Positions 38,619 through 47,897 of a stretch of DNA of 64,000 bases are shown one piece after another. Made by a program: the position numbers and the translations under genes. The DNA is taken from positions 1,344,001-1,408,000 of the forward strand of contig OY761158.1 of NCBI GenBank assembly GCA_963664405.1, given 5' to 3'. The notes under the pieces are model-generated. The model ran no database searches. It was not told the DNA's origin and was given only the letters and a program-made list of their open reading frames with translations. This DNA comes from Thermoanaerobaculia bacterium (lineage in GTDB: Bacteria; Acidobacteriota; Thermoanaerobaculia; Multivoradales; Multivoraceae). Within the stretch, counting starts at the first letter, position 1. Every line of letters starts with the position of its first letter.

Positions 38619-39868
38619 ACAATCGGGCGTGGGGAGTGCGCGTAGCGCTGCTCGAGGGTCTTACAGCGTGCTCGAATGAGCGCCGCCAGATCCGCTGAAC
38701 CGGTACCGTGAACATCGATTTCATCGATCGTCTGCAAGACCCTGGAAGCTAGCTCCGGAACGCGCCTTGCCACCATCGCTCGACCAAGACCGGCCTCTTC
38801 CGCGAGCTTCTCGAAGTTTCTAGGCCGGACGCGATCCGACCTCGACTCCCCTCCGATCTTCATGGCCATCCGGTCCGTCAGCTGGGGGTAGAAGACAGTG
38901 CTGATGACGTCATAGAGAGGAGCAAGCTTCGTACCCTTATCAAGCATGTAGAGCAATGAGAAGTTCTTGGCGTGAGCATCATGGTTGCCGACCAGCGCAT
39001 TGAAGATGACCGCATCCAACAATCGCACGAGCTCCGTTGCCGGCACTGTGGCTGCCATCCTCAACAGTCCAAAGGACGACTTCAGGCCGGGACCTCCTTC
39101 ACTTTGGTACTTCAACTCCGGCGGAACTCCCAGAGCCTGACAAAAATCCTCCTGGTGCAGTCGTTGAACGTTTCCCGCTTCATCTACCTCGCGGTCATAG
39201 CGCTCGACCAGCAAGTAGTCGATCTTCCCGACGCAATCGATCGCTATCTTCGCCGTTGGCAGGCCGATAGCCGCCGCGAGGCTTATACAGAACGCCTCGT
39301 TGAACACAACCCCTTCAAATCGCTCTACAGCGGGTTTGATGATGTGGGTGCTTGGGGCGGAGCCGAGGGGGAGTGAGATTCCTCCATCCCGTCTGCAGAC
39401 CGCAATCTTGTCCTGGGCGCCCGCAAGAGAGAGGCGCATACCTCGTTCGCCAACCATCAGCGGGCGGCGGGGCAGCTCGGCGAGGATTCGCTCCAGCTCC
39501 ACTTGACTCAGAGCGCGATAGCCCCGTTCGAGGCTCCGCAGCGAAGCTCCGGGCGGCAGGAAGGTCACGGCGCCGGCACATTCGCCGCCGATCTCTTCCA
39601 GCATCGCGAAGTCGTTTCTGGAGCTAATGCCAAGGATGGCTGCTATGGCTGCCCGCTTCGCCTCCTCCGGCAGGACTCCGGCAAAGAAACCCCTGCACTC
39701 TCTCTGGCTGAATCGACTTCTTCGCAAGGGGAGAGACAGGGATAGAGGCACGGCGCCAGAGCTTTGAAGCCACGATGCCGCGTAGGCGAACGTTGTCTGA
39801 CCGTCGTCGTCTTGGATCAGCTGGCCGACGAGGTTCTCGTGGAGGTATACATCCAGGGCGCGCGCCAT
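38615..39868 (-). CDS. hipA: HipA-family toxin kinase
   Basis: N-terminal coupling domain PLSLSLP, SLAGAQDK, HIIKP, ERYDR, HQEDFCQ, GNHDAHAKNFS, APLYD. Confidence 0.96.
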   Translation of the reverse strand: MARALDVYLHENLVGQLIQDDDGQTTFAYAASWLQSSGAVPLSLSLPLRRSRFSQRECRGFFAGVLPEEAKRAAIAAILGISSRNDFAMLEEIGGECAGAVTFLPPGASLRSLERGYRALSQVELERILAELPRRPLMVGERGMRLSLAGAQDKIAVCRRDGGISLPLGSAPSTHIIKPAVERFEGVVFNEAFCISLAAAIGLPTAKIAIDCVGKIDYLLVERYDREVDEAGNVQRLHQEDFCQALGVPPELKYQSEGGPGLKSSFGLLRMAATVPATELVRLLDAVIFNALVGNHDAHAKNFSLLYMLDKGTKLAPLYDVISTVFYPQLTDRMAMKIGGESRSDRVRPRNFEKLAEEAGLGRAMVARRVPELASRVLQTIDEIDVHGTGSADLAALIRARCKTLEQRYAHSPRPIV

Positions 39869-40098
39869 CACCCTGCGTCTTCACTGGCCGGCGGCGCCAC
39901 CAGCTGGATGTGGATGCCGAGGGTGTGGAGCACGGTCAACACCTTGCCGAATTGACAGGTGGGCTTTCCCTGCTCGAGATCGATGATGAAGCGCAGACCG
40001 GTGCCCGCAGTCAGCGCTAGATCTCTTTGCGTCACGCCAAGCTCCGTTCGAGTGATACGCACGACCTTGGCGATGTCTTCGGGTGTGACAGCTGTCAT
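39868..40098 (-). CDS. hipB: HipB-like XRE antitoxin (y4mF type)
   Basis: TQRDLALTAGTGLRFIIDLEQGKPT; GGAGG RBS; TGATG coupling to hipA. Confidence 0.92.
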   Translation of the reverse strand: MTAVTPEDIAKVVRITRTELGVTQRDLALTAGTGLRFIIDLEQGKPTCQFGKVLTVLHTLGIHIQLVAPPASEDAG

Positions 40099-40126
40099 CT
40101 GCGACGCCCTCCAATCTGCGGCTGCA

Positions 40127-40240
40127 TTCCTGCTCGGTAACAATTGTCGTTTTGTAGCTGTGGTACGTGAGACATATTCCCGTACAGGAACATCTCTCAT
40201 AGACAACCGACCACTTGCGTGAATTGTTCCCGAGCGGGAA
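40127..40240. promoter_or_regulatory. Three HipB operators
   Basis: TTCCTGCTCGGTAA (40127), TTCCCGTACAGGAA (40177), TTCCCGAGCGGGAA (40227). Confidence 0.75.
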
Positions 40241-40364
40241 CACTACCCTCTTTGCGTATGGCGAGTCAATCGACTGGTACCTACGGCCAAAGGTGTCAGG
40301 TTTCGAACGCGATGCGCCTCGCCAGCCGAACCTTGGATAGACTCGCCACAAGGAGAAAAAGCCT

Positions 40365-40901
40365 ATGTTTCGACACACCCTGATTCTCATGACCGTGGCC
40401 GCCCTTGGCACCCCCGCCTCCTTCGGCGCAAGCCTTGCCGACGACATGCGGAAGAGTTGGAGCCAGCAGAAGGCTCTCTTGGTCCGCACCGTCGATGCGA
40501 TGCCCGAAGACTCCTTCGACTCCAAGCCCACGCCGGAGCAACATACCTTCGGCGAGCGGGTGCTCCACATCTCGGGTGCCAACGGCTTTCTGCTCGGCTT
40601 CTCGGACCCGCAGGCTCCGCGGCCCGATATCAGCAAGATGGACTTCAAGACTTTCGGCCAGACGGCCTCGACGAAGGCGGAGATTCTCGCCGCCCTCGAG
40701 GAGTCTTTCGATAGTGGTATCGCCGCGATGGAAGGGTGGGACGACGACGCTATGCTCGAAGAGGTCACGGGCCCGCCCTGGGTCGGCAAAGTGACCCGAG
40801 CGGGTCTCCTCACTTTCATTCTCACCCACAACATGGACATCTACGGCCAGCTCGTGGTCTACCTCCGCCTCGAAGGAGTCATCCCTCCCGCCAGCCGCTG
40901 A
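40365..40901 (+). CDS. Secreted DinB-family protein
   Basis: Signal peptide, AMPE..FKPTPE-like segment, TFGERVLH, HNMDIYGQLVVYLRLEGVIPPAS. Confidence 0.88.
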   Translation: MFRHTLILMTVAALGTPASFGASLADDMRKSWSQQKALLVRTVDAMPEDSFDSKPTPEQHTFGERVLHISGANGFLLGFSDPQAPRPDISKMDFKTFGQTASTKAEILAALEESFDSGIAAMEGWDDDAMLEEVTGPPWVGKVTRAGLLTFILTHNMDIYGQLVVYLRLEGVIPPASR

Positions 40902-40940
40902 CGCGACTCGCCACTCGGCCGCACTGGGTGAGAGGACCAG

Positions 40941-42473
40941 CTAGCGATCGGCAGCCGGCAAAGCTAAATGCCGGCTCTCGTTCTCGCGAGCCGAAAAGAA
41001 GGCTGGCTGAGGGGCCTTCGTGCGTACCTGCTCGAGCCAGAAGACACCGTCGAACTCTCCCGAGTTTCCGCGCGTTGCGACGAAGTCGACGTCATCGTCG
41101 CCGTCCATGTCCAGCGCTACGAACTCGTCGAACATGCCCCTCACCCGACGCGACACGTCGTGGCGACGCCACTCGGCAGTGGGATCTCCCGAGTTCTCGA
41201 ACCACGCCAGGCGACCGACCCGGTCCTCGGCGGTCACTCCCTCGCCGTCACGATCGCGTGGCAGCGCACTGTAGCCGCCATCGAAGAGATCGAGATCACC
41301 GTCACTGTCGATGTCGGCGAAGACGATTCCGGTCACGTGATCCGGAAAGGTGTCGCCGATGGGGTGGATCTGCCAGGCGTCGGCAAGGTCTTCGGGCTGG
41401 CGCAGCCACACAACCAGATGCAGCGACTCCTGGAGCGCGATATCGAGGCGGCCATCCTGATCGAGATCCGCGAACGCCACGTTCATCGCGGTCAGTCGTC
41501 GCGGACCGCGGGCAAAGGGAACGTTACGACCACTCACGTCGATGGGATGCTCGACAAACCCCGTGTCGCCTCCAGGTAGCGAGTCCGCCCTTGAGGGCGG
41601 GGCCGCCGGGGGTGCCGTCCAGGTCCGTGGCCGGCCCGGATTCTCGTACCAGAAGGGCCTCACTTCGTAGCGACTGCCGCCGACGAGGTCGAGATCGCCG
41701 TCGCCGTCGAGATCGATCGGGTATGCGTTCATCGGCACCGGCAGGCGGGCGACCACACGCTCGCGCCAGCTCGCCGAGTCGAGAGGGTCGCCGGTGATCT
41801 CGAAGACGGAGACCTCCTTGGGCGGGAAGTCGGTGGGGATCGCTCCTCCCTCGGGCTGCTGCTCTCCTTTGTTTGGAGCTATCACTTCCAGATCACCGTC
41901 ACCGTCGAGATCGGCGACATAGACACGGATCCAGGAGCCGCGGCCTGCCGTCACCTCGGGGATGACCCTGGGCCACTTTCCCTCCCGCACGTCTGCGCCA
42001 GGGTTCTGAAAGTAGATGAGATGCTCGAGCTCGGCGGCGATCACGATATCGAGCCGTCCATCGCCGTTGATGTCGCCGATGGCCGCATCCTCAGCCGCGG
42101 CCACTTCGGAGCCCTCGCCGAGGGTCGCCAGCTGCCAGCGATCCGGGTCCGCCGAGCCGAAGGCGAGCCGTACGTGATCCGAGTCTTCGTGCACCGAGAC
42201 GATGTCGAGGTAGCCATCGCCGTCGAGATCGGCCATCTTCAAACCGTCGCCGCCGCGAATCGGTACGCCGCCAAGCTCTTCGTCGTCGATCCGATGCTCG
42301 CGCCAGGAGATCCAGGAGCCATCCGCCGCTCGCGCCTGGGAAGGGGTCTCGGCGACGGTCGGGATCGCAGCGTCCTTCTCCGCTGCGCCACTTCCAGACG
42401 CCACCGCGGTAGCCGCTACCGCCACACCGAGGACGCTTCTCCAGCACCCGGCGAGAGCTCTTCTACCTTTCAT
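40941..42473 (-). CDS. Secreted FG-GAP/VCBS repeat protein
   Basis: Seven DLDGDGxxD-type repeats; signal peptide from MKGRR. Confidence 0.9.
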   Translation of the reverse strand: MKGRRALAGCWRSVLGVAVAATAVASGSGAAEKDAAIPTVAETPSQARAADGSWISWREHRIDDEELGGVPIRGGDGLKMADLDGDGYLDIVSVHEDSDHVRLAFGSADPDRWQLATLGEGSEVAAAEDAAIGDINGDGRLDIVIAAELEHLIYFQNPGADVREGKWPRVIPEVTAGRGSWIRVYVADLDGDGDLEVIAPNKGEQQPEGGAIPTDFPPKEVSVFEITGDPLDSASWRERVVARLPVPMNAYPIDLDGDGDLDLVGGSRYEVRPFWYENPGRPRTWTAPPAAPPSRADSLPGGDTGFVEHPIDVSGRNVPFARGPRRLTAMNVAFADLDQDGRLDIALQESLHLVVWLRQPEDLADAWQIHPIGDTFPDHVTGIVFADIDSDGDLDLFDGGYSALPRDRDGEGVTAEDRVGRLAWFENSGDPTAEWRRHDVSRRVRGMFDEFVALDMDGDDDVDFVATRGNSGEFDGVFWLEQVRTKAPQPAFFSARENESRHLALPAADR

Positions 42474-42498
42474 CGTTCTTCCCTCCCCCTCTTTCAGC

Positions 42499-42527
42499 CT
42501 AGTGCCATGTCGGAGACACAACACTAG
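42499..42527. repeat. Collapsed 29-bp derivative of family B element
   Basis: CTAGTGCC + ATGTCGGAGACACAACACTAG = first 8 and last 21 nt of the 46517-46682 element. Confidence 0.75.
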
Positions 42528-43504
42528 AACATCGCCAGCGGGTTGACTGGGCTTCCGGTCACTCCGGCGAGACGCAGCGGAGCGAGCTGGAAAAGGAACT
42601 CCCAGCGACCCTCCGCCTCACAGCGCTCGGCAAGCTCTTCGAGGTCACAGTTGTCGAGCAGCCACAGACCCATCGCCACGATGCCGACCGCGTGGACCGG
42701 GCTTCGTAGCTTGTCGTACCCGGAGGGGTGGACGTCCTGCGCGGTGTCGCAGCCGATCATGGCGACTTCCCGCTCGTGCATCCATGGAGTGCAGGACACG
42801 TGCCATCCGGCCCTGCCTTCTTTGGCGGTGTCGTCGGGACCATGCTGCCGCTTGCGCCTGCCGTAGCCGGTGCGCAACAGCACCGCGTCTCCGCGCTCGA
42901 CGGTCACTCCCTGCCTCTGCTCGGCTGCGGCGATGTCGGCGGGTAGAACCCCCTCACCGGGCTCGAGCCAATCGACTCCTCTTGTCGCCGGTATGTCGAG
43001 AAGCACGCCGCGCGTGACGATGCCCTCGGGCACCGCGTTCATCGCGTGCCAGGTCGCCCCTTCGCGTGAGCTGACCCAGGCCGCCGGTTTATCGTTGTAC
43101 ATCCGGCCGTCCCAGAAGTAGTGCGAAAGCGCATCTAGATGGGTCACGCTGTAGCCGTGAAAGGCGAGGCCGATGTGCTCGGAGGCCCCGGCCCAACGCG
43201 GCGGCTCGGTCATCTCGGGTCGCAGCACACGCCCCTCCTCGAGCAGACCCTGCCCGGTGGCGAGCATGAATCGCTGCGGCGTTCCCGTCACATGATCGAC
43301 AGCGGGCTGAAAGTCGATGTCCCAGGCGCAGGAGACGACCTCTCCGCTCGCCACCAGGCGGGCGGCCTCGACTCGCTTCTGAGGAGTCAGGTAGTTGAGC
43401 GTTCCGCGCTGGTCGTCGCCTCCCCAGCGGTCCCAGTTCGACAGGCTCTCGAAGTACTCGAGGACTTCCGCCTCGGATGGAACGGCTACCTCGGTGTCAC
43501 TCAT
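42524..43504 (-). CDS. Cyclase family (kynurenine formamidase-like) protein
   Basis: NWDRWG..DQRGTLN, THLDALSH, LLRTG, IGCD, LLDN, GSPVNP. Confidence 0.92.
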   Translation of the reverse strand: MSDTEVAVPSEAEVLEYFESLSNWDRWGGDDQRGTLNYLTPQKRVEAARLVASGEVVSCAWDIDFQPAVDHVTGTPQRFMLATGQGLLEEGRVLRPEMTEPPRWAGASEHIGLAFHGYSVTHLDALSHYFWDGRMYNDKPAAWVSSREGATWHAMNAVPEGIVTRGVLLDIPATRGVDWLEPGEGVLPADIAAAEQRQGVTVERGDAVLLRTGYGRRKRQHGPDDTAKEGRAGWHVSCTPWMHEREVAMIGCDTAQDVHPSGYDKLRSPVHAVGIVAMGLWLLDNCDLEELAERCEAEGRWEFLFQLAPLRLAGVTGSPVNPLAMF

Positions 43505-43520
43505 GGAACCCTCAACGCTG

Positions 43521-43615
43521 TCCGTAGCGAATATGAAGCAAGGCGTGAGTGCGCCGTCCTCGGCGCTAGAAGGCAACGAGCGAGGGGAAATGATACCCAT
43601 CATTTTCTCTCGCTC
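43521..43615 (+). repeat. Family A element, copy 4
   Basis: GTAGCGAATATGAAGCAA..GTGCGCCGTCCTCGGCGC..GAAATGATACCCATCATTTT. Confidence 0.78.
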
Positions 43616-43662
43616 GGGCAGTATACTTTCGACAGTCTCGCTCCTACGGAATCGGAAGCATC

Positions 43663-45678
43663 ATGGCCAAAGCGGCAGATTCCCCCCCTTCGATCGAGCC
43701 CCCCCCCATCCGCAGCCGGACCCGACCGATCGCCTTCTTCCTCCTCACTTTCGTCGTCGCCCTGCTCCCCCTCCTCGCCTTCTTCACCCAGGAGCCGCAG
43801 CTCTATGGCAACGACGCCTACTACCACCTCGCCATCGCCCGAACCTACTTCGAAGAAGGCATCGTCGACGATCTACGCTGGGTACGCTTCAGTGCCCTCG
43901 GCGAAGGCTTCGGCGACAAAGAAGTTCTCTTTCACCTTCTGCTCGCTCCTTTTGCGGGCCTGGCCGCCAACCCCGTTCTCGGCGGCCAGATCGCACTCTC
44001 TCTCCTCCTCGCCGGCCTCTTTGCCTCGATTGCGGTGCTCGCCCGACCGATCCTCGGAAATTGGGCGATCCTGCTCCCCTTCTGGCTCGTCTTCGCTTCG
44101 ACCGAAATGGCTTGGCGATGGGTGCGCCTCCGCCCTGAGCTCCTCTCCCTCCTGGTCCTGCTATGGGCCCTCTGGGCGATCGCCCAACGGCGCTTCCGCC
44201 TGCTCGGGCTTCTCGCCCTCATCTACACGCTGAGCTACACCGCCTTCCACGCGTTCCTCGGCCTCTGCGTCTTGATCTTCCTCTTTCAGGCCCTGGCGCG
44301 GCGCGACCGCCAGATCCAGCTCCTGCTATACCCGTCCCTGGGAGTCGGCATCGGCCTCATCGCCCACCCCCACTTCCCCAAGAACATCGAGATCTGGGTG
44401 CTTCAGAGCGTCGAATACTTTCGCCGCCAGGGCGCCCTGGATGTGGGCAGCGAGATTCGACCCAACTTCACCGACGTGACCCTGATGGTCAATCTCGGCT
44501 TCTTCATCAGCGTGATCGTTCTCTTGCTCTCTACCGTCGAGCGGGGCCGAGGCGACAGCGAAGAAAGAGCGACCAACAGACGGGCCGCGGATGCCTTCGC
44601 CATCGCCGCCACCGCCTTCACAGTCCTCTATTTGCTGATGTCTCGCTTCTCCACCTATGCCTTCCCCCTCATCACCCTCTGGGTGCTTTACGAGATCGCC
44701 AGCCGAGGCAGAGGAATCGGCTCTTCGACCCGAGTTCCCTGGCGCGGCGGGCGCATACCCCTCGCCCTGGCACTGCTCGTACCTCTTGCAGTCGGAGCGC
44801 CGGAGGCACGGCGGCAGTGGCAGACCTACCGCAGCCGTATCGACGCCGGCCCCAACGATCTGCGGGTACGGGATCGCGAGGAGCTGGCGGCCGCGCTCCC
44901 CACTGGGGCCAAGGTCGCAGCCACCTGGCGCCAGACACCGGTGTACATGCTCTGGGCCCCTCAGGCTGCCTATATGAACGTGCTCGACCCGGTTTTTCTG
45001 GCGGCGCACGATCCCGCGCGCCACACTCTGCAGAATCGGGTCTTCACCGGCGAGGAGCCGGACGTGCCTCTCGCCGTCGGCACCGGCCTCGACAGTCAGT
45101 ATCTCGCCTACTCGCAGTACGAAGGCACCGAAGACCTGAGCGCTCGCCTGGCGACGGACTCTCGAGTTGTGCAACGTCATCACGGCTTCAACTTTCTCTG
45201 GGAGATCGTGCCAGAGAAAAACGGATCTTTCCTCCTCGATTGGCGAGTGGTGCCTCACGAGGTGGCTGAGGCCCTGGATCCGGCGAAGGCGAAGCGGTCG
45301 CTCGAACCTCGCTCCGCGGTCGAGCGCAACGGCTGGCTACCCTACCCCCGCTCCGCCAACCCATTCGGCGCGGCGCTGGAAGGCTACGTCGACACCCGTC
45401 GTCTCGGCGAGGACCCAGGCTGCGTGGCACTCTCCCACGAGCTGAGCAGCGAGAGCGAAGTCACTTGGCAGCTCGAGCTCGCACCCTGGGGGCCCTCGAC
45501 CGCGTGGCTCAACGGCAATCTCGCAGTGCAGGTCGCCGGAGAGCCCCATGCAGTTCTCGGCGAGGGCACCATATTCGCGGCCAACCTCATCGAAGGCCTC
45601 AACGTTCTCGACGTGCTCACCTGTCCCGGCAAGGATCCACTCGGGCCGCGCGGCTTCTACCTCCAGCGCATCGGCTAG
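43663..45678 (+). CDS. Multi-TM protein, GT-C-like, with C-terminal soluble domain
   Basis: DAYYH after the first TM, ~11 hydrophobic segments, RPE motif, C-terminal AWLNG..GLNVL. Confidence 0.7.
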   Translation: MAKAADSPPSIEPPPIRSRTRPIAFFLLTFVVALLPLLAFFTQEPQLYGNDAYYHLAIARTYFEEGIVDDLRWVRFSALGEGFGDKEVLFHLLLAPFAGLAANPVLGGQIALSLLLAGLFASIAVLARPILGNWAILLPFWLVFASTEMAWRWVRLRPELLSLLVLLWALWAIAQRRFRLLGLLALIYTLSYTAFHAFLGLCVLIFLFQALARRDRQIQLLLYPSLGVGIGLIAHPHFPKNIEIWVLQSVEYFRRQGALDVGSEIRPNFTDVTLMVNLGFFISVIVLLLSTVERGRGDSEERATNRRAADAFAIAATAFTVLYLLMSRFSTYAFPLITLWVLYEIASRGRGIGSSTRVPWRGGRIPLALALLVPLAVGAPEARRQWQTYRSRIDAGPNDLRVRDREELAAALPTGAKVAATWRQTPVYMLWAPQAAYMNVLDPVFLAAHDPARHTLQNRVFTGEEPDVPLAVGTGLDSQYLAYSQYEGTEDLSARLATDSRVVQRHHGFNFLWEIVPEKNGSFLLDWRVVPHEVAEALDPAKAKRSLEPRSAVERNGWLPYPRSANPFGAALEGYVDTRRLGEDPGCVALSHELSSESEVTWQLELAPWGPSTAWLNGNLAVQVAGEPHAVLGEGTIFAANLIEGLNVLDVLTCPGKDPLGPRGFYLQRIG

Positions 45679-45774
45679 CCTCGCTTCCTCGCCAGAGGCG
45701 GCCGGCCCCCAAGATCACGACCCGAAGAGACTCTGGTCGTCTCAGTGGCCTGTTATTCTGAGAAGATCGATCCA

Positions 45775-45939
45775 ATGAGCGTTCCTGACAGTCGCTACCG
45801 ACACTCCGTTCGCATTCGCTATGGCGAAGTCGACCAGCAGGGCGTGGCTTACAACGCTCACTACATGGTCTATATCGACGAGGTTCTCGAGGGCTGGATC
45901 GCCATCGCTCTCTTCGTAGCGGAGAGAGCGACGATTTGA
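45775..45939 (+). pseudogene. Truncated acyl-CoA thioesterase (4HBT/YbgC hotdog) N-terminus
   Basis: VRIRYGEVDQQGVAYNAHYMVY; only 54 aa. Confidence 0.7.
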
Positions 45940-46520
45940 GCGCGGCTCCTGCCCCTCTTCCCCGAGATTTCTTCGAGCGGGACTCTCGCGAGATCGCTCC
46001 TCTGCTCCTCAACAAGATCCTCGTCTGCCGGGGCCTGAGCGGTCGCATCGTCGAAGTCGAAGCCTACGCCGGTGCCGAAGACCCGGCCAGCCATGCCTAT
46101 CGTGGCGAAACACGGCGAAACGCGACCATGTTCGGGCCAGGAGGCCACCTCTACGTGTATTTCACCTACGGGATGCACTGGTGCGCCAACACGGTCTGTG
46201 GCAGCGAGGGCGTCGCGTCGGCGGTACTTCTGCGGGCTCTTGCACCCATCGAAGGGGTCGGCTGTATGCGGGAGCGGCGGGGTCGCAAACACCCCGATCG
46301 CTTGCTCTGCGCCGGCCCGGCACGTCTCTGCCAGGCGCTCGCAATCGACGGTGACGACGACGGCACGGATCTCGTGGCCGGGAGCCATGACATCCGCATC
46401 GTCGACGACGGAAGGCGCCCGCCGGCGCGACCCGGACGCAGCCGCCGAATCGGCCTATCGAAGGCTCTCGAGCATCGCTGGCGCTGGTTCGTCGAGGGCG
46501 ACCCAAACCTGAGCCGCTAG
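45936..46520 (+). CDS. mpg: DNA-3-methyladenine glycosylase (AAG/MPG)
   Basis: GRIVEVEAY, DPASHA, YVYFTYGMHWC, AVLLRA, GPARLCQAL, RIGL. Confidence 0.96.
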   Translation: MSAAPAPLPRDFFERDSREIAPLLLNKILVCRGLSGRIVEVEAYAGAEDPASHAYRGETRRNATMFGPGGHLYVYFTYGMHWCANTVCGSEGVASAVLLRALAPIEGVGCMRERRGRKHPDRLLCAGPARLCQALAIDGDDDGTDLVAGSHDIRIVDDGRRPPARPGRSRRIGLSKALEHRWRWFVEGDPNLSR

Positions 46521-46682
46521 TGCCGTGTCTCCGACATGGCTTACCAAGATCTCGGCCCCTTTTGCCCGCTGTCGTCGTCGCGACTCGTCGACATATTCCC
46601 AATATGCCTGCCTCGCCGCTCCTTGACAGCGAACTAAATGACCTCGAGCTCTTGGCAAGCTATGTCGGAGACACAACACTAG
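46517..46682. mobile_element. 166-bp CTAG-bounded palindromic MITE-like element, family B copy 2
   Basis: 33-bp imperfect TIRs CTAGTGCCGTGTCTCCGACATGGCTTACCAAGA / TCTTGGCAAGCTATGTCGGAGACACAACACTAG; centre CATATTCCCAATATG. Confidence 0.82.
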
Positions 46683-46721
46683 CAGGTACACTTCCCCGAT
46701 AACTTTCTCGAGAGGTCCTAG

Positions 46722-47897
46722 ATGCCAAGCAATACGATCAACGAAAAACGCGCCCTTCGACACCTTCTCGACCTCCTCAAGATCGAGGGACTGAGCGGGG
46801 GCGAGGGCGATGTCGCCATAGCGGTCAAGGAGAGGCTCCTGGCAGCAGGCTGCAAGGCCTCGTGGATGAGGCACGACAAGGTAAATCGCAAGATCCCTGG
46901 TGATTTCGAGATCGGCAATCTCATCGTCAAGATCCCCGGTACTCGCTCAGGACGGCGGCGCTTGTTCATGGGTCATTTGGATACTGTGCCCCTGTGCCGG
47001 GGCGCACGGCCCGTGCGCAAAGGGAATCGCATCACCAGCTCTGCCGAGACTGCACTCGGAGGCGACAACCGCACCGCCGTCGGTGCCCTCGTAACTCTGG
47101 TGGAAACGCTGCTGACTAAGGGCCTGGACCACCCGCCCCTGACCGTCCTCTTCACGGTCGGAGAGGAAGTCGGTTTGTGGGGCGCCCGCCTTGTCGAGCT
47201 CGCCGATCTCGGCAACCCGGCCATGGGGTTCAACATCGACGGCGGCAAGCCGGGCAAGATCGTCACCGGCGCCATCGGCGCGGATCGCTGGGAGGCTCAT
47301 ATACTCGGCCGCTCATCCCATGCCGGCGTCGCTCCTGAAGCAGGTATTTCCGCTGCCCTCATCACCAGCCGTGCGATCGCCGACGTGGCCCGAAAAGGCT
47401 ACTTCGGAAAGATCAAGAAGCGGCGGCGCCACGGCACTTCGAATGTCGGGACGATCCGGGGCGGAGAGGCCTCCAACCAGGTCACCGACTACATGCTGGT
47501 GCGCGGCGAGTCGAGAAGCCACCACCCGGACCTGACCGACGAGATCACCGGGGCCTACCGCACAGCCTTCGAGCAGGCTGCCAGGGGGCTTCAAAACGAC
47601 CGCGGACAGTGTGGCTCGATCGATTTTCGTACCGAGCGGGACTACGAAGCCTTCACCATGCCGGACGACTCTCCTCCGGTGGAGTTGGCCCTGGGCTGCG
47701 CGCGCAAGCTCCGTCTGCGCCCGAGCACAGTGACCGTCGACGGCGGTCTCGACGCCAACTACCTCAACGCGAAGGGCGTGCCGACCGTCACTCTCGGCGG
47801 CGGTCAGTATCTTCCTCATACCGTCGACGAGTATGTGGATGTCAAGGATTACTTGACCGGCTGCCGGCTCCTGGTGGCGATCGCCAAAGCTCCCTAG
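46722..47897 (+). CDS. M20/M25/M40 metallopeptidase (PepT-like)
   Basis: GHLDTV, LGGDN, GEEVG, SHAG, GGLDAN, HTVDE. Confidence 0.93.
   Translation: MPSNTINEKRALRHLLDLLKIEGLSGGEGDVAIAVKERLLAAGCKASWMRHDKVNRKIPGDFEIGNLIVKIPGTRSGRRRLFMGHLDTVPLCRGARPVRKGNRITSSAETALGGDNRTAVGALVTLVETLLTKGLDHPPLTVLFTVGEEVGLWGARLVELADLGNPAMGFNIDGGKPGKIVTGAIGADRWEAHILGRSSHAGVAPEAGISAALITSRAIADVARKGYFGKIKKRRRHGTSNVGTIRGGEASNQVTDYMLVRGESRSHHPDLTDEITGAYRTAFEQAARGLQNDRGQCGSIDFRTERDYEAFTMPDDSPPVELALGCARKLRLRPSTVTVDGGLDANYLNAKGVPTVTLGGGQYLPHTVDEYVDVKDYLTGCRLLVAIAKAP

Noticed and set aside
40941-42473. Recurrent GATCTCGACGGCGACGG-like DNA repeats as an array
   Set aside because: They encode FG-GAP DxDGDG protein repeats; irregular spacing, not CRISPR.
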